Part shown: piece by piece, positions 25,385-38,900 of the stretch
Numbering within the stretch: position 1 is the first letter of the stretch
Layout: each line of letters starts with the position of its first letter
Source: Leptogorgia sarmentosa
Taxonomy: Eukaryota
DNA length: 64,000 bases
Assembly: GCA_964658305.1 (NCBI GenBank)
Contig: OZ210884.1
Location: 1,488,001-1,552,000 of the forward strand
Reading direction: 5' to 3'
Notes under the pieces: model-generated
Databases searched by the model: none
Told to the model about the DNA's origin: nothing
What the model saw: only the letters and a program-made list of their open reading frames with translations
Made by a program: the position numbers and the translations under genes

Positions 25385-27282
25385 CTCGGCCACAACCATG
25401 GCGGCGCCTCTTGAGACCTGGCAAAGATCTTTCTGCCCCACACCCCCTGAATTCGAAAAAATGTAGCGCGTACGTCTGTATGCTTTGATTGTCTATGCTT
25501 GTGTCTAACATCCTCTCGAGTTATTCTGGAATAACAGTATAGCCCTAAATGAAGTACTAACTAGGGCGTATTTGTCGTTCGGCGCACCAAAAATTTTTTT
25601 GTGATCAAAATTTTGTATTTCTTGACAGAAACGTCCAAAGGTCTCAAAGGAGTTTGATGAGCTTGACTCTCATAAGGACTTTTAGATAATTCAGTTTGCT
25701 ATCGCAATAACAATCACAGTATTCAATAGTCTCATTCGTAAATGATAATGATATACTGTCTTGTTGACAGTGGCAAACCAAGAATCAGGTGCGGAAATCC
25801 GTTGTTTGTTATGAGCTTAAAATAAACTATCATTCTGGCATTCTCAAAGGCTGCACTTATGGTGACCGCATTGTTCAATCATGTATACAAGTTCAGTCTT
25901 GCGTTTCTTCATTCACCCATGCTTCGGAAATTGATCATTTATCTTGGACGACTTTATTTTGTTCATGCCAAAATAAGGAAAGGCGAGGAGTTCTCGCAGG
26001 TAAGTTGAAAACAGGATTTCACAAACTACAAAATGTTCTATATGTGCAATATGGTGCTTCTAATATATACACGTACATCCGTATTAGCGTATATACCTCT
26101 CTACTTTGCTGTCGATATCGTTATAGTTTAGCAATGCTCAAGGAGGTGCATCCGCGCATATTCCAATATCTTCGAGTTAAGGAAGATTTCAGTTTTCGAT
26201 TTCCACCTTTCGTTATTTCATGTTTTATATGTACATGCTTTACAAGTCCGTGTTTCAAATATTCAGGTTTTATAAATCCCTGTTTTATACGTTCATCATT
26301 TTACAAGTAAATTCCATGTCATATAAATCCATGTTTCACAAGTTCGTGTTTTAAAAGTCCAGGTTTTTTAAGTCTTCCTGCTGTTTATAGTCTGCAACGT
26401 GGATCGAGAGGCAATATTCATGCATCTAATCATAATAATTATTATATGCCTTATCACAGACTATCAAAAACAGTCGATACCAAACGAACTTAACATAACA
26501 GAAAACAAATATTGCCAAATTTTGAATTTCGGTAAGAAAATGTAGAATACAAATGCTTCAATAGTCAGTATATATAAAGGGTGGGTCAGATCGAACATAC
26601 TTATCTGATTTATATATTGTGTTGGTGCATTTACTGACCATCAAATCAGTTTCATTTATCACGAACGCCTATGCTTATGTAAAGCATAACTGAAGAAAAA
26701 CACTGCAATCAATAGGTCTGTTTCGGAATACTTAGGTAGTACTAAATAGGTCTGATAAAACATGCAGCCAATATCAGTAATCACCATTTAATTTAGAGGC
26801 TTCATGCAGGAAGGATGGCGCCAAACCGCCAAAGTTTTCGAAATTTGCATATATCTGCATTAGGCAGGGAAAAGCGTGCCAACTTTCTGCCAATACGTAT
26901 CAAGTTCATAATAAGAAGAAATACCGTAGTTGTATAGTTTCACTATCTACAGAAATTGTTAGAGTTTGTTTTCACTAGAGCCCAATATACCTATAACTAT
27001 TCACCTAATCATTATTTTGGTGATGCGATGAATGACTCCCAGTATATTGATCGAAATATTTTCATAGGAAAATGTCCTGGATGTTGGCACATCAAATCAT
27101 CAGAATCAGCAGTCTGCATTGAAAAATCAATTAATAAAATTTAAGTTGTATTGAATATTGCATCAATATAACCATGTGCCTCGCCCTTGATCATGAAACT
27201 AAAGCGCATTACACCGTTTGCTTGGGGTATTTTTCTTGAAAAAACTTGTTTTTATAGTTTTATTGGACTGCAGTAAAGCAAA

Positions 27283-28734
27283 ATGTTGACGCTCATGAAT
27301 ATTATACTCTTGGCAGGATTTGCCTTTCAGAAATGTGCTGGTAAAAAATAACACTGCATTCATTTGCTCTCATGATTTATTAAATGCAAATGCAATAAAC
27401 TTGTGGACAACGTTTATTTTCCTTAATTTTGTGACACTGAAGGGTCTGCATGCAGTATTTATCTTTTGATTAGTTGAAGCAGGAGTCAAACCAAACAACG
27501 CATTTTATCTGTACATCCTAGAGTTGTGTCACTCTAGCTTTCGAGCGGTAATTAAATTAACAAAACGAAACATGAATAGGGTGGAACACTTTGTCACGCT
27601 CCCCTACGTACTGCAACATTGAAAGTCTCTTTTATATTCTGTAGTCTTTGAATAACTTGAAGAATTCCATTACTAGCCATTTTGCAGCTGATGCAACCTG
27701 CCAAAATGCAAATTGGTCGGCAAGTTTTGACCTACCTGGTTGGTCAGACTGTCCTTGTGCATTTCCATACATGAAAGGTCTGAAAAGAAGCAAATCCACA
27801 ATGCAGAGCAATGATTTCATATATCATTTGGAAGAAGCCAGATGTTGAAACATTGGAAATTCCCCTCTCCAATGCGTGCAAGCTGATTGGTAAAGAGATC
27901 ATAACAGGTGATTGGTCTGCCTCAGCTATATGAGATCGGGGTTGTTATATTACAGGGAAATTGAAAACCAACAGTTGTCTTCCTCAGGAATTAATGTTTA
28001 ATTACTAAACGGAAAGGAAGTGGAAATAAGATATTGTTGAACCGAAAATTGCCAATGCTCGTATAATAGCTAACTCGTGAAATAACCGTCGTTGTTGCCT
28101 GATATGATTCTTATGAAAACTAGGATCTTTTAATTTCAGTTTACATCAAGATTTAAGTTGACATTTTAACTTTCTAACAATCACTTATGTTTTTGTTCGT
28201 CAAATGTTCATGATTTGCACTGGCGATCACATCAACCCAGTGTCATATAAAGGTCGAATTGATTGAATGTCCTCAACATGATGGGAATATATCTGGAATA
28301 TTGCATGCATTTAGGAATAGAAACTGCACTTCATCGGTACACACATGGCAATTAATCACGATAATTTGAGAAAATATCAACCAGCTTTATACAAAACTGC
28401 ATAATAATAATATTTTGAAATTTATCCGTTCTGTAGCGTTGACTTTTTTATCACAAGCTACTGGAGGTTGTGTCCAACAGGTTTCTATCTTTCCGGCATC
28501 AACCGTTCACAGGGATACGACCTTTACAACATTGAACATGCGTGGTGTTGTAAACCTCGTGGAGCTCCCAAGTCATACAAATCCTGTTACAATGAGAACG
28601 TGTGGGTGAGATTTGACTGGAATCAAGAAGGAATGGTGACGTGCAGTAAACCTGGTCAATATATCACTGGGATTTATCTACGCGCGTGCGACTCTCTGTA
28701 TTGTATTGAACAGTTCAAATGCTGTCAACTGTGG
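27283..28734 (+). pseudogene. Cysteine-rich gene copy C (pseudogene)
   Basis: Exons 27283-27340, 27688-27907 and 28452-28734. TGC>TGA stop at 27846-27848, a second TAA later in exon 2, exon-3 acceptor AG>AT (28450-28451), and normal stop TAG>TGG. Confidence 0.9.
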
Positions 28735-28984
28735 ACAGCTGCTGCAAATCTCGCGTATACGATTTTGAACTTTTTTACTGTATCCTGTTTTTTTGGTATT
28801 AATTTTTTCTTTACTCTTTCACTATACTATTTACATACTATTTTTTTCTTTCTGTTAATTTTTGTATCCATTGTTGCCTGGTTAGTATAAAAACAATAAA
28901 CTAGGCTGTGTATCAAGGAGACTGTGCTTTTGGCGGTTTCGTGTTGTTATTCAATCTGCGTGACAAACTGAGCGGACGCAAATA

Positions 28985-29250
28985 ATGTGAACCAAACATA
29001 ATTCACAAGAAATACAGTATACACCAGGTTTCCGCGATGCATCTACGTTGTCCTAGTGTGTGCAAAGAGATCTAAATTATTTGTGTTGACTGGAATAGCC
29101 GAATATTTGAACATCAGTCCTACTTTCAAAATCCTCTCAATTTTGTGTGAAGCCGGTCCAATATATGGAAGACAAACTGAGGAATGAATCTTCAGTATTC
29201 TATTGGACTCGTCGTGGCATATTCATGGCTTTGTCTGTGAATTGCACAGG
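28985..29250 (-). mobile_element. Penelope-like fragment (shorter copy)
   Basis: Homologous to ~48960-49225. Confidence 0.65.
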
Positions 29251-32010
29251 ATAAACAAAATTATATTCATTAAATTACGTGGTGTAAACTACCATCTAAA
29301 TAATAAAAATATTTTTGATGACCACAAACTTCGACCGAGATTTATTTTTTTTATTATTTCATCATATCGATCAAAGGGCTTAAAGAGAGCGGTTACGAAT
29401 TAATCTCGAGCGTATATCCGTTGCATGTCATGTGCTTGAAATATATTAACATCACTCGGATACGTCGCTATAGCCTATCAAACTTTTCGTTTGTTTACAT
29501 ATTGGATCACAAGCCAAGTTCACGAAATTCCGAAAGTGTTAGTGGTGAATTAATCTCGAGCGTATATCTGTTGTTTGTTGCTCAAATATATTAACATCAC
29601 TCAGAGCCGCAGAGAAGCTGTGTTTATGGGAGGGGGGGGGGGGGGGGGGTGGGGTGGGGTGGTTGTAGTGATGTTGTTACTTGAAACTAGTACTCTCAAA
29701 ACTGTACTATCTAGTCCACTATCGAATTTTGAAGCTTCTCTGGTGATAAACAAGACCAAAAATAGCCGGCCGGCCCTTGAATGTTCTCATAAATCCTTTA
29801 CAACAACAATTGCTTCTGAAAACCTTGTCGGTATTTAGCTTTCCCATATCCAAAAGAAAATTTAAAAGCCAAGAGGAGATTAGATATTACTGTCCTTGTA
29901 ATGTTATACAGAGTTCGAAAGTAAAGCGTATCTGGCCGTATCACGGATGTGGCGCCAGCAACATTAGCGCTTTTGCGTGCGTTTTCAGCACATTCCTTTG
30001 ATAGTTTGTACTCTGAAATCGCCGTTTCCGGCAATCTACTCGTTCTAAATTAATTTTCAAAATCTTTGCGCTCGGCGCCCACCATGTGAGACCCGCTCCT
30101 CCCACATTCAGGCAAAGATCTTTCTGCCCACCCCCCTAAAAAAATGTACCACGCACGCCTATGCTTTGATTGTCCATGCTTGTGACTAACATCCTCTCGA
30201 GTTCTTCTAGAATTACAGTATAGCCCAAAATGAAGTACTAACTCGCGCGTATTCGTCGTTGGGGACACAAAAAAAACTTTTTTCTCATCAAAATTTTGTA
30301 TTTCTTGATAGAAACGTTCTTGCGAAATTTTGAAACCTTTCAGAATTTGTATAGGGAAAAACAATTGCGTCTCAAAATCGATTAATGAGTTTCACCCTTA
30401 TAAGCAAATTTAGATAATCCAGTTTGCTATCGCAATAACAATCACAGTATTCAATAGTCTCATTCGTAAATGATAATGATATACTGTCTTGTTCACAGTG
30501 GCAAACCAAGAATCAGGCGCGGAAATCCGTTGTTTGTTATGAGCTTAAAATAAACTATCATTCTGGCATTCTCAAAGGCTGCACTTATGGTGACCGCATT
30601 GTTCAATCATGTATACAAGTTCAGTCTTGCGTTTCTTCATTCACCCATGCTTCGGAAATTGATCATTTATCTTGGACGACTTTATTTTGTTCATGCCAAA
30701 ATAAGGAAAGGCGAGGAGTTCTCGCAGGTAAGTTGAAAACAGGATTTCACAAACTACAAAATGTTCTATATGTGCAATATGGTGCTTCTAATATATACAC
30801 GTACATCCGTATTAGCGTATATACCTCTCTACTTTGCTGTCGATATCGTTATAGTTTAGCAATGCTCAAGGAGGTGCATCCGCGCATATTCCAATATCTT
30901 CGAGTTAAGGAAGATTTCAGTTTTCGATTTCCACCTTTCGTTATTTCATGTTTTATATGTACATGCTTTACAAGTCCGTGTTTCAAATATTCAGGTTTTA
31001 TAAATCCCTGTTTTATACGTTCATCATTTTACAAGTAAATTCCATGTCATATAAATCCATGTTTCACAAGTTCGTGTTTTAAAAGTCCAGGTTTTTTAAG
31101 TCTTCCTGCTGTTTATAGTCTGCAACGTGAATCGAGAGGTAATATTCATGCATCTAATCATAATAATTATTATATGCCTTATCACAGACTATCAAAAACA
31201 GTCGATACCAAACGAACTTAACATAACAGAAAACAAATATTGCCAAATTTTGAATTTCGGTAAGAAAATGTAGAATACAAATGCTTCAATAGTCAGTATA
31301 TATAAAGGGTGGGTCAGATCGAACAAAGTTATCTGATTTATATATTGTGTTGGTGCATTTACTGACCATCAAATCAGTTTCATTTATCACGAACGCCTAT
31401 GCTTATGTAAAGCATAACTGAAGAAAAACACTGCAATCAATAGGTCTGTTTCGGAATACTTAGGTAGTACTAAATAGGTCTGATAAAACATGCAGCCAAT
31501 ATCAGTAATCACCATTTAATTTAGAGGCTTCATGCAGGAAGGATGGCGCCAAACCGCCAAAGTTTTCGAAATTTGCATATATCTGCATTAGGCAGGGAAA
31601 AGCGGGCCAACTTTCTGCCAATACGTATCAAGTTCATAATAAGAAGAAATACCGTAGTTGTATAGTTTCACTATCTACAGAAATTGTTAGAGTTTGTTTT
31701 CACTAGAGCCCAATATACCTATAACTATTCACCTAATCATTATTTTGGTGATGCGATGAATGACTCCCAGTATATTGATCGAAATATTTTCATAGGAAAA
31801 TGTCCTGGATGTTGGCACATCAAATCATCAGAATCAGCAGTCTGCATTGAAAAATCAATTAATAAAATTTAAGTTGTATTGAATATTGCATCAATATAAC
31901 CATGTGCCTCGCCCTTGATCATGAAACTAAAGCGCATTACACCGTTTGCTTGGGGTATTTTTCTTGAAAAAACTTGTTTTTATAGTTTTATAGGACTGCA
32001 GTAAAGCAAA

Positions 32011-33241
32011 ATGTTGACGCTCATGAATATTATACTCTTGGCAGGATTTGCCTTTCAGAAATGTGCTGGTAAAAAATAACACTGCATTCATTTGCTCTCA
32101 TGATTTATTAAATGCAAATGCAATAAACTTGTGGACAACGTTTATTTTCTTTTATTTTGTGACACTGAAGGGTATGCATGTAGCATTTATGTTTTGCTTA
32201 GTCGAAGCAGGAGTTAAACCAAGCAACGCATTTTGTCTGTACATCCTAGAGTTGTGTCACTCTACCTTTCGAGCGGTAATAAAATTAACAAAACGAAACA
32301 TGAATAGGGTGGAACATTTTGTCTCGCTCCCCTACGTACTGCTACATTGAAAGTCTCTTTTATATTCTGTAGTCTTTGAATAACTTGAAAAATTCCATTA
32401 CTAGCCATTTTGCAGCTGACGCAACCAGCCAAAATGCAAATTGGTCGGCAAGTTTTGACCTACCTTGTTGGTCAGACTGTCCTTGTGCATTTCCATACAT
32501 GAAAGGTCTGAAAAGAAGCAAATCCACAATGCAGAGCAATGATTTCATAAATCATTTGGAAGAAGCCAGATGTTGAAACATTGGAAATTCCCATCTCCAA
32601 TGCGTGCAAGGATCTAGGATCTTCAACTAGGTTCTTTAAATTTCAGTTTACATCAAGATTTAAGTTGACATTTTAACTTTCTAACAATTACTTATGTTTT
32701 TGTTGGTCAAATGTTCATGATTTCCACTGGGGATCACATCAACCCAATGTCATATAAAGGTCGAATTGATTGAATGTCCTCAACATGATGGGAATATATC
32801 TGGAATATTGCATGCATTTAGGTATAGAAACTGCACTTCATCGGTACACACATGGCAATTAATCACGATAATTTGAGAAAATATCAACCAGCTTTATACA
32901 AAACTGCATAATAATAATATTTTGAAATTTATCCGTTCTGTAGCGTTGACTTTTTTATCACAAGCTACTGGAGGTTGTGTCCAACAGGTTTCTATCTTTC
33001 CAGCATCAACCGTTCACAGGGATACGACCTTTACAACATTGAACATGCGTGGTGTTGTAAACCTCGTGGAGCTCCCAAGTCATACAAATCCTGTTACAAT
33101 GAGAACGTGTGGGTGAGATTTGACTGGAATCAAGAAGGAATGGTGACGTGCAGTAAACCTGGTCAATATATCACTGGGATTTATCTACGCGCGTGCGACT
33201 CTCTGTATTGTATTGAACAGTTCAAAAGCTGTCAACTGTGG
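32011..33241 (+). pseudogene. Cysteine-rich gene copy D (pseudogene, recent duplicate of C)
   Basis: Exon 1 at 32011-32068. Exon 2 from 32416 with the same TGA (32574-32576) and a deletion near 32611 that removes its donor. Exon 3 from 32959 with the same AG>AT acceptor. Additional Cys>Ser changes. Confidence 0.9.
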
Positions 33242-33494
33242 ACAGCTGCTGCAAATCTCGCGTATACCATTTTGAACTTTTTTACTGTATCGTGTTTTTT
33301 TCGTATTAATTTTTCCTTTACTCTTTCACTATACTATTTACATACTATTTTTTTCTTTCTTTAAATTTTTGTATCCATTGTTGTCTGGTTAGTATAAAAA
33401 CAATAAACAAGGCTATGTATCAATTAAGGAGTCTGTGCTTTTGGCGGTTTCGTGTTGTTATTCAATATGCGTGACAAACTAAGCGGACGCAAAT

Positions 33495-33755
33495 AATGTG
33501 AACGAAACAAAATTCACAAGAAATACAGTATACACCAGGTTTCCGCCTTGCATCTACGTTGTCCTAGTGTGTGCAAAGAGATCTAAATTATTTGTGTTGA
33601 CTGGAATAGAATATTTGAACATCAGTCCTACTTTCAAAATCCTCTCAATTTTGTGTGAAGCCGGTCCAATATATGGAAGACAAACTGAGGACTGATATTC
33701 AGTATTCTATTGGACTCGTCGTGGCATATTCATGGCTTTGTCTATGAATTGCACA
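33495..33755 (-). mobile_element. Penelope-like fragment (shorter copy)
   Basis: Near-identical to 28985-29250. Confidence 0.65.
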
Positions 33756-36593
33756 GGTAAACAAAATTATATTCATTAAATTACGTGGTGTAAACTACCA
33801 TCTAAATAATAAAAATATTTTTGATGACCACAAACTTCGACCGAGATTTATTTTTTTTATTATTTCATCATATCGATCAAAGGGCTTAAAGAGAGCGGTT
33901 ACGAATTAATCTCGAGCGTATATCCGTTGCATGTCATGTGCTTGAAATATATTAACATCACTCGGATACGTCGCTATAGCCTATCAAACTTTTCGTTTGT
34001 TTACATATTGGATCACAAGCCAAGTTCAAGAAATTCCGAAAGTGTTAGTGATGAATTAATCTCGAGCGTATATCTGTTGTTTGTTGCTCAAATATATTAA
34101 CATCACTCAGAGCCGCAGAGAAGCTGTGGTTATGGGGTTCGAAAGTAAAGCGTATCAGGCCGTATCACGGATGTGGCGGCAGCAACATTAGCGCTTTTGC
34201 GTGCGTTTTCAGCTCATTCCTTTGATAGTTAGTACTCTGAAATCGCCGTTTCCGGCAATCTACTGGTTCTAAATTAATTTTCAAAATCTTTGCGCTCGGC
34301 GCCCACCATGGTGGCGCCTAGTGAGACCCGCTCCTCCCACATTCAGGCAAAGATCTTTCTGCCCACCCCCCTGAAAAAATGTACCACGCACGCCTATGCT
34401 TTGATTGTCCATGCTTGTGACTAACATCCTCTCGAGTTCTTCTAGAATTACAGTATAGCCCAAAATGAAGTACTAACTCGCGCGTATTCGTCGTTGGGGA
34501 CACAAAAAAAACTTTTTTCTAATTAAAATTTTGTATTTCTTGATGCGAAATTTTGAAACCATTCAGAATTTGTATAGGGAAAAACAATCGCGTCTCAAAA
34601 TCGATTAATGAGTTTCACCCTTATAAGCAAATTTAGATAATTCAGTTTGCTATCGCAATAACAATCGCAATATCGAAAAGTCTCATTCGTAAATGATAAT
34701 GATATACTGTCTTGTGGACAGTGGATAACAAAGAATCAGGTGCGGAAATCCCTTGTTTGTTATGAGCTTAAAAAAATACTATCCTTCTGGCATTCTGAAT
34801 TGCTTCACTATGGGTGACCGCATTGTCCAATCAGGTACAAGTTCAGTCTTGCGTTTCTTCATTCACCCATGCCTTATAAATTGATCATTTATCCTGGAGG
34901 ACTTTATAGTGAAAGCCAGATAGTGAAAGGCGAGGTGTTCTCAGAGGTAAGTTGAAAATAAACGATTTTCTCTATAGCTAATACATGATTTCACATGCTA
35001 CAAATTTTTCTATGTGCAATATGGTTCTTGTATATACATGTACGTCCGTTCGTATAGCTCTCAACATTGCTCTCGATATCGTTACTGTTTAGCAATGCTC
35101 AAGGAAGTGCGTCCGCGCATTTTCCAATACCTTCGAGTTAAGCAATATTTCAGCTTTTCGAAAGCTGCAAGAATTTACGTGCGTTGCAAGTTATTGTACA
35201 GAGGATTGTTTAGCTACAAACAGTAGAGGGTCTAACTTGCCTATAATTATAAGCGAGTTATATCTTAAACAATAATTATGTACACTGCTTAAAGCGAAAC
35301 TACTGTATCTGCTAATAAAAATTCACCATTGGAATAAGCATGTTCCTCCGCTGATCACGCGCGGCGACGTTTTAGTAGCCTTTGTTCATGCGTGTCATTT
35401 TCTTGGTATAATCAACATAGTGGAAAATTTTGTTCGCGAATATTTGTGCCCGGCCGCACCTTAAAATCCAGTTAAATATTGAGAGATTAAAAACTAAACT
35501 ATCGATGCTTTTATTTCATGTACGTATTACAACATCATGTTTCAAAAGTCGATCTTTTATAATTCTGTCTTATTGTATGTGCATGCTTTACATGTCCATG
35601 TTTTATAATTCCATGATTTATACATGTCCATGTTTTACAAGTCCGTCTGTCAAACTCCATTTTTGTTATTTAATGGTTTATAAGTCCATGTTTCAAATAT
35701 CCAGGTTTTATAAGTGCCTGTTTTATACGTTCATCCTTTTACAAGTCCATTGCATGTCATGTAAATCCATGTTTCACAAGTTCGTGTTTTTATGTTTTTC
35801 TGCTGTTTATAGTCTGCAACGTGGATCGAGAGGCAATATTCATGTAATCATATCATTATATTCCTTTTCACAGACATTTAAAACAGTCGATACCAAAAGA
35901 AGTTAGCATAACAGAAAACAAATTTCGCCAAATTTTGGAATTTCGGTAAGAAAATGTAGAATACAAATGCTTCAATAGTGAGTATATATATACATGGTGG
36001 GTCAGAACGAACTATTTCAGTTTCATTACTCATGGACGCCTATGCTTATGCACGTCAAGCATAACTAAACAAAAACACTGCAATCAAGTAGGTCTGATTA
36101 AACATGCAGCAAATATCAGTAATCACGATTTAATTTCGAGGCTTCATGCTGGAAGGATGGCGCCAAAGCGCAAAAGTTTGGGAAATTTGCATATATCTGC
36201 ATTAGCCTGAGAAAAGCGTGCCAACTTCCTGCCAATACGTATCAAGTCCATAATAAGAAGATATTCCGTAGCAGATGTTTTGTACAGTTTCAATATCTAC
36301 AGGAATTGTTAGAGTTTGTTTTCACTAGAGCCCAATATACCTAGAACTATACAAGTAATAATGATCTAGGTTTCATAGGAAAATGTCCAGGATGTTGGGA
36401 CATCAATTGCAAATCATCAATATGAACAGCCATCATTGAAAAATACACTAATAAAATTTAAGTTGTATTGAATATTCGACAACATAACCATGTTTCCTCG
36501 CCCTTGAAACATTAGTGCATTAAACCGTTTGCTTGAGTCATTTTTCTTGAAAAAACTTGTTTTTATAGTTTTATAGGACTGCAGTAAAGCAAA

Positions 36594-38003
36594 ATGTTGA
36601 CGCTCATGAATATCATACTCTTGGCAGGATTTGCCTTTCAGAACTGTGCTGGTAAAGATAACACTGCATTCATTTGCTCTAATGATTTATTAAATGCAAA
36701 TGCAATAAACTTTGTGGACAACGTTTATTTTCCTTTATTTTGTGACACTGAAGTGTCTGCATGCAGTATATTTATGTTTTGCTTAGTCGAAGCAGGAGAC
36801 AAACCAAGCAACGCATTTTGTCTATACATCCTAGAGTTGTCATTGTAGCTTTCGAGCGGTAATTAAATTAAGCGAAACTTAACATGAATAGGATGGATAC
36901 TTTTTTCTCGCTCCCCTATACTGCTACACTGAAAGTCTCCTTGAATAACTTGAAGAATCCTTTACTAACTGTTTTGCAGCTGCTGAAACGTGCCAAAATG
37001 CAAATTGGTGGACAAGTTTTGACAGACCTGGTTGGTCAGACTGTCCTGGTGCATTTCCATACATGGAAGGTCTGAAAAGAAGCAAATCCACGATGCCTAG
37101 CAATGATTTCATATATCATTTGGAAGAAGCCAGATGTTGCAACAATGGAAATTCCCCTCCCCAATGCGTGCCAGCTGATTGGACAAGAAGTTTTGACAGG
37201 TAATTCGTCTAACCTCATCTAAATAAGATCGGGGTTTTTTTATTACAGGGAAATTGAAATCAAAATTTGCCTATCCCCAGGAATTAATGTTAAAGAAGAA
37301 AAGATAAGATATTGTTAAACGGAAACTTCCCACTGCTCCTATAATAGCTAACTCGTGAAATAACCGTCATTGTTCACTGATATGATACTTATGAAACCTA
37401 GGATCTTCAAATTTCAGTTTACATCAAGTTTTAAGTTGATTTTTTAACTTTCTATTTATATTTTCGTTATTCAAATGTTTGTGAATTCCACTGCGGATCA
37501 CATCAACCCAATGTCATGTAAAAGTCTAATTCATTCATTTTCCTCAACATGGGAATATATAAGGAATATTGCATGCATTTAGGTATAGGAAATGCACTTC
37601 ATCGGTACACCGCACATGGTAACTATGATAATTTAGGAAAATATAAACCAGCTTTATTTAATATACAAAACTGTATAATAATAATATTTTGAAATTTCTC
37701 CGTTGTGTATGATTTTTTAGCACAAACAACTGGAATTTGTGTCCAACAGGTTACTATCTTTCCGGTCTCAACCGTTCAACCGGTCACTACCTTCACAACA
37801 TTGAGCATGCGTGGTGTTGCAAACCTCGTGGAGCTCCCAACTCATACAAATCCTGTTACAAAGAGAACGTGTGGTCGAGATTTGACTGGAATCAAGAAGG
37901 AATGGTGACGTGCAGTAAACCTGGTCATTATATCACTGGGCTTTATCGATCCTCCTGCGACCTTCTGTACTGTATTGAAGAGTTCAAATGTTGTGAAATG
38001 TAG
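36594..38003 (+). CDS. Secreted three-repeat cysteine-rich protein, copy E (186 aa)
   Basis: Exons 36594-36651, 36980-37199 (AAETCQNANWWTSFDRPGWSDCPGAFPYMEGLKRSKSTMPSNDFIYHLEEARCCNNGNSPPQCVPADWTRSFD, missed by the ORF track) and 37721-38003. Open frame of 561 nt; AATAAA at 38165-38170. Confidence 0.92.
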
Positions 38004-38654
38004 ACTGCTGCAGCAAATCTCACGTATACGATTCTGAACTTTTTTACTGTATTGTGTTTTTTTCTTATTAATTTTTTCTTTACTATTTCACTATACTATT
38101 TACCATACTATTTTTTTCTTTATGTAATTTTGTGTATCCATTGTTGTCTGGGTAGCATAAAATCAATAAATAGACTGTGTATCAAGGAGATTGTACATTT
38201 GGCGGTTTCGTGTTGTCATTCAATCTGCGTGACAAAAAGCGGACGCAAATTATAGGACATGGGCGGGTTGTTGGTGGATAAGTCAAGAATATCAGACAAT
38301 TTCATGCTTTCATTTAACATGGATCGTTTTCGTTGGGCTTCGACAAAAATATTTTGCAATATATCTGTTGAAAATTTGCAACGGTGAAGATAAAAATTTT
38401 AATAATAATTAAAATTATTTAGAGTTTGTAGTTTACTCCACGTAATTTTATTATCGTAAGCTTTCGGTCCGTAAGCCCAGGTATCCATCAGTGCAAATAT
38501 TATGTGACTTGTTCTAATTCACACAGTCGCTGTTATATCACAAGCTTCGTGATCAATATGTATGTACCCGCAAGTTAATTAAACGTTCACATCAATACGT
38601 CATTGCAAACGTAATGATGCTATTCTAATTGTCGCGCGCGCAAGACAAGTTAAA

Positions 38655-38900
38655 TAAATTTTGCACATTAAAGAGTTCACGCCAGGTACTGTTTAGTGGA
38701 TTTCTCTCTTGATCTATCGTGTTGTGCTTTTCAATTTCCAAAGACTCTCTTATTTTGCGAGAGAACTTATGACTATCCATTGCTAAAATGTTTGCTTCAT
38801 CTCATTTTATCCGATGGTCATGAGTCCAAGCATGTGTATAGCCACAGCTAATTTATCTAGCTTAGCTTTCTCGACATTTGTCTTGTGCTATTTAGCACGT
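38655..38900 (-). mobile_element. Penelope-like fragment (3'-most part)
   Basis: Homologous to ~48700-48930. Confidence 0.65.

Noticed and set aside
25789..26310. Recurrent spacer ORFs (MLKEVHPRIFQYLRVK, MLEFVFTRAQ, ELISSVYPLHVMCL) as genes
   Set aside because: They recur because the DNA is duplicated. Frames break differently between units, many start at TTG/GTG, and no family is recognisable.
28468..28890. 140-aa ORF with a hydrophobic tail as a membrane-anchored variant
   Set aside because: The tail is T-rich 3' UTR read through after TAG>TGG, in a copy with upstream stops and a lost acceptor. The same applies to 32975-33364.
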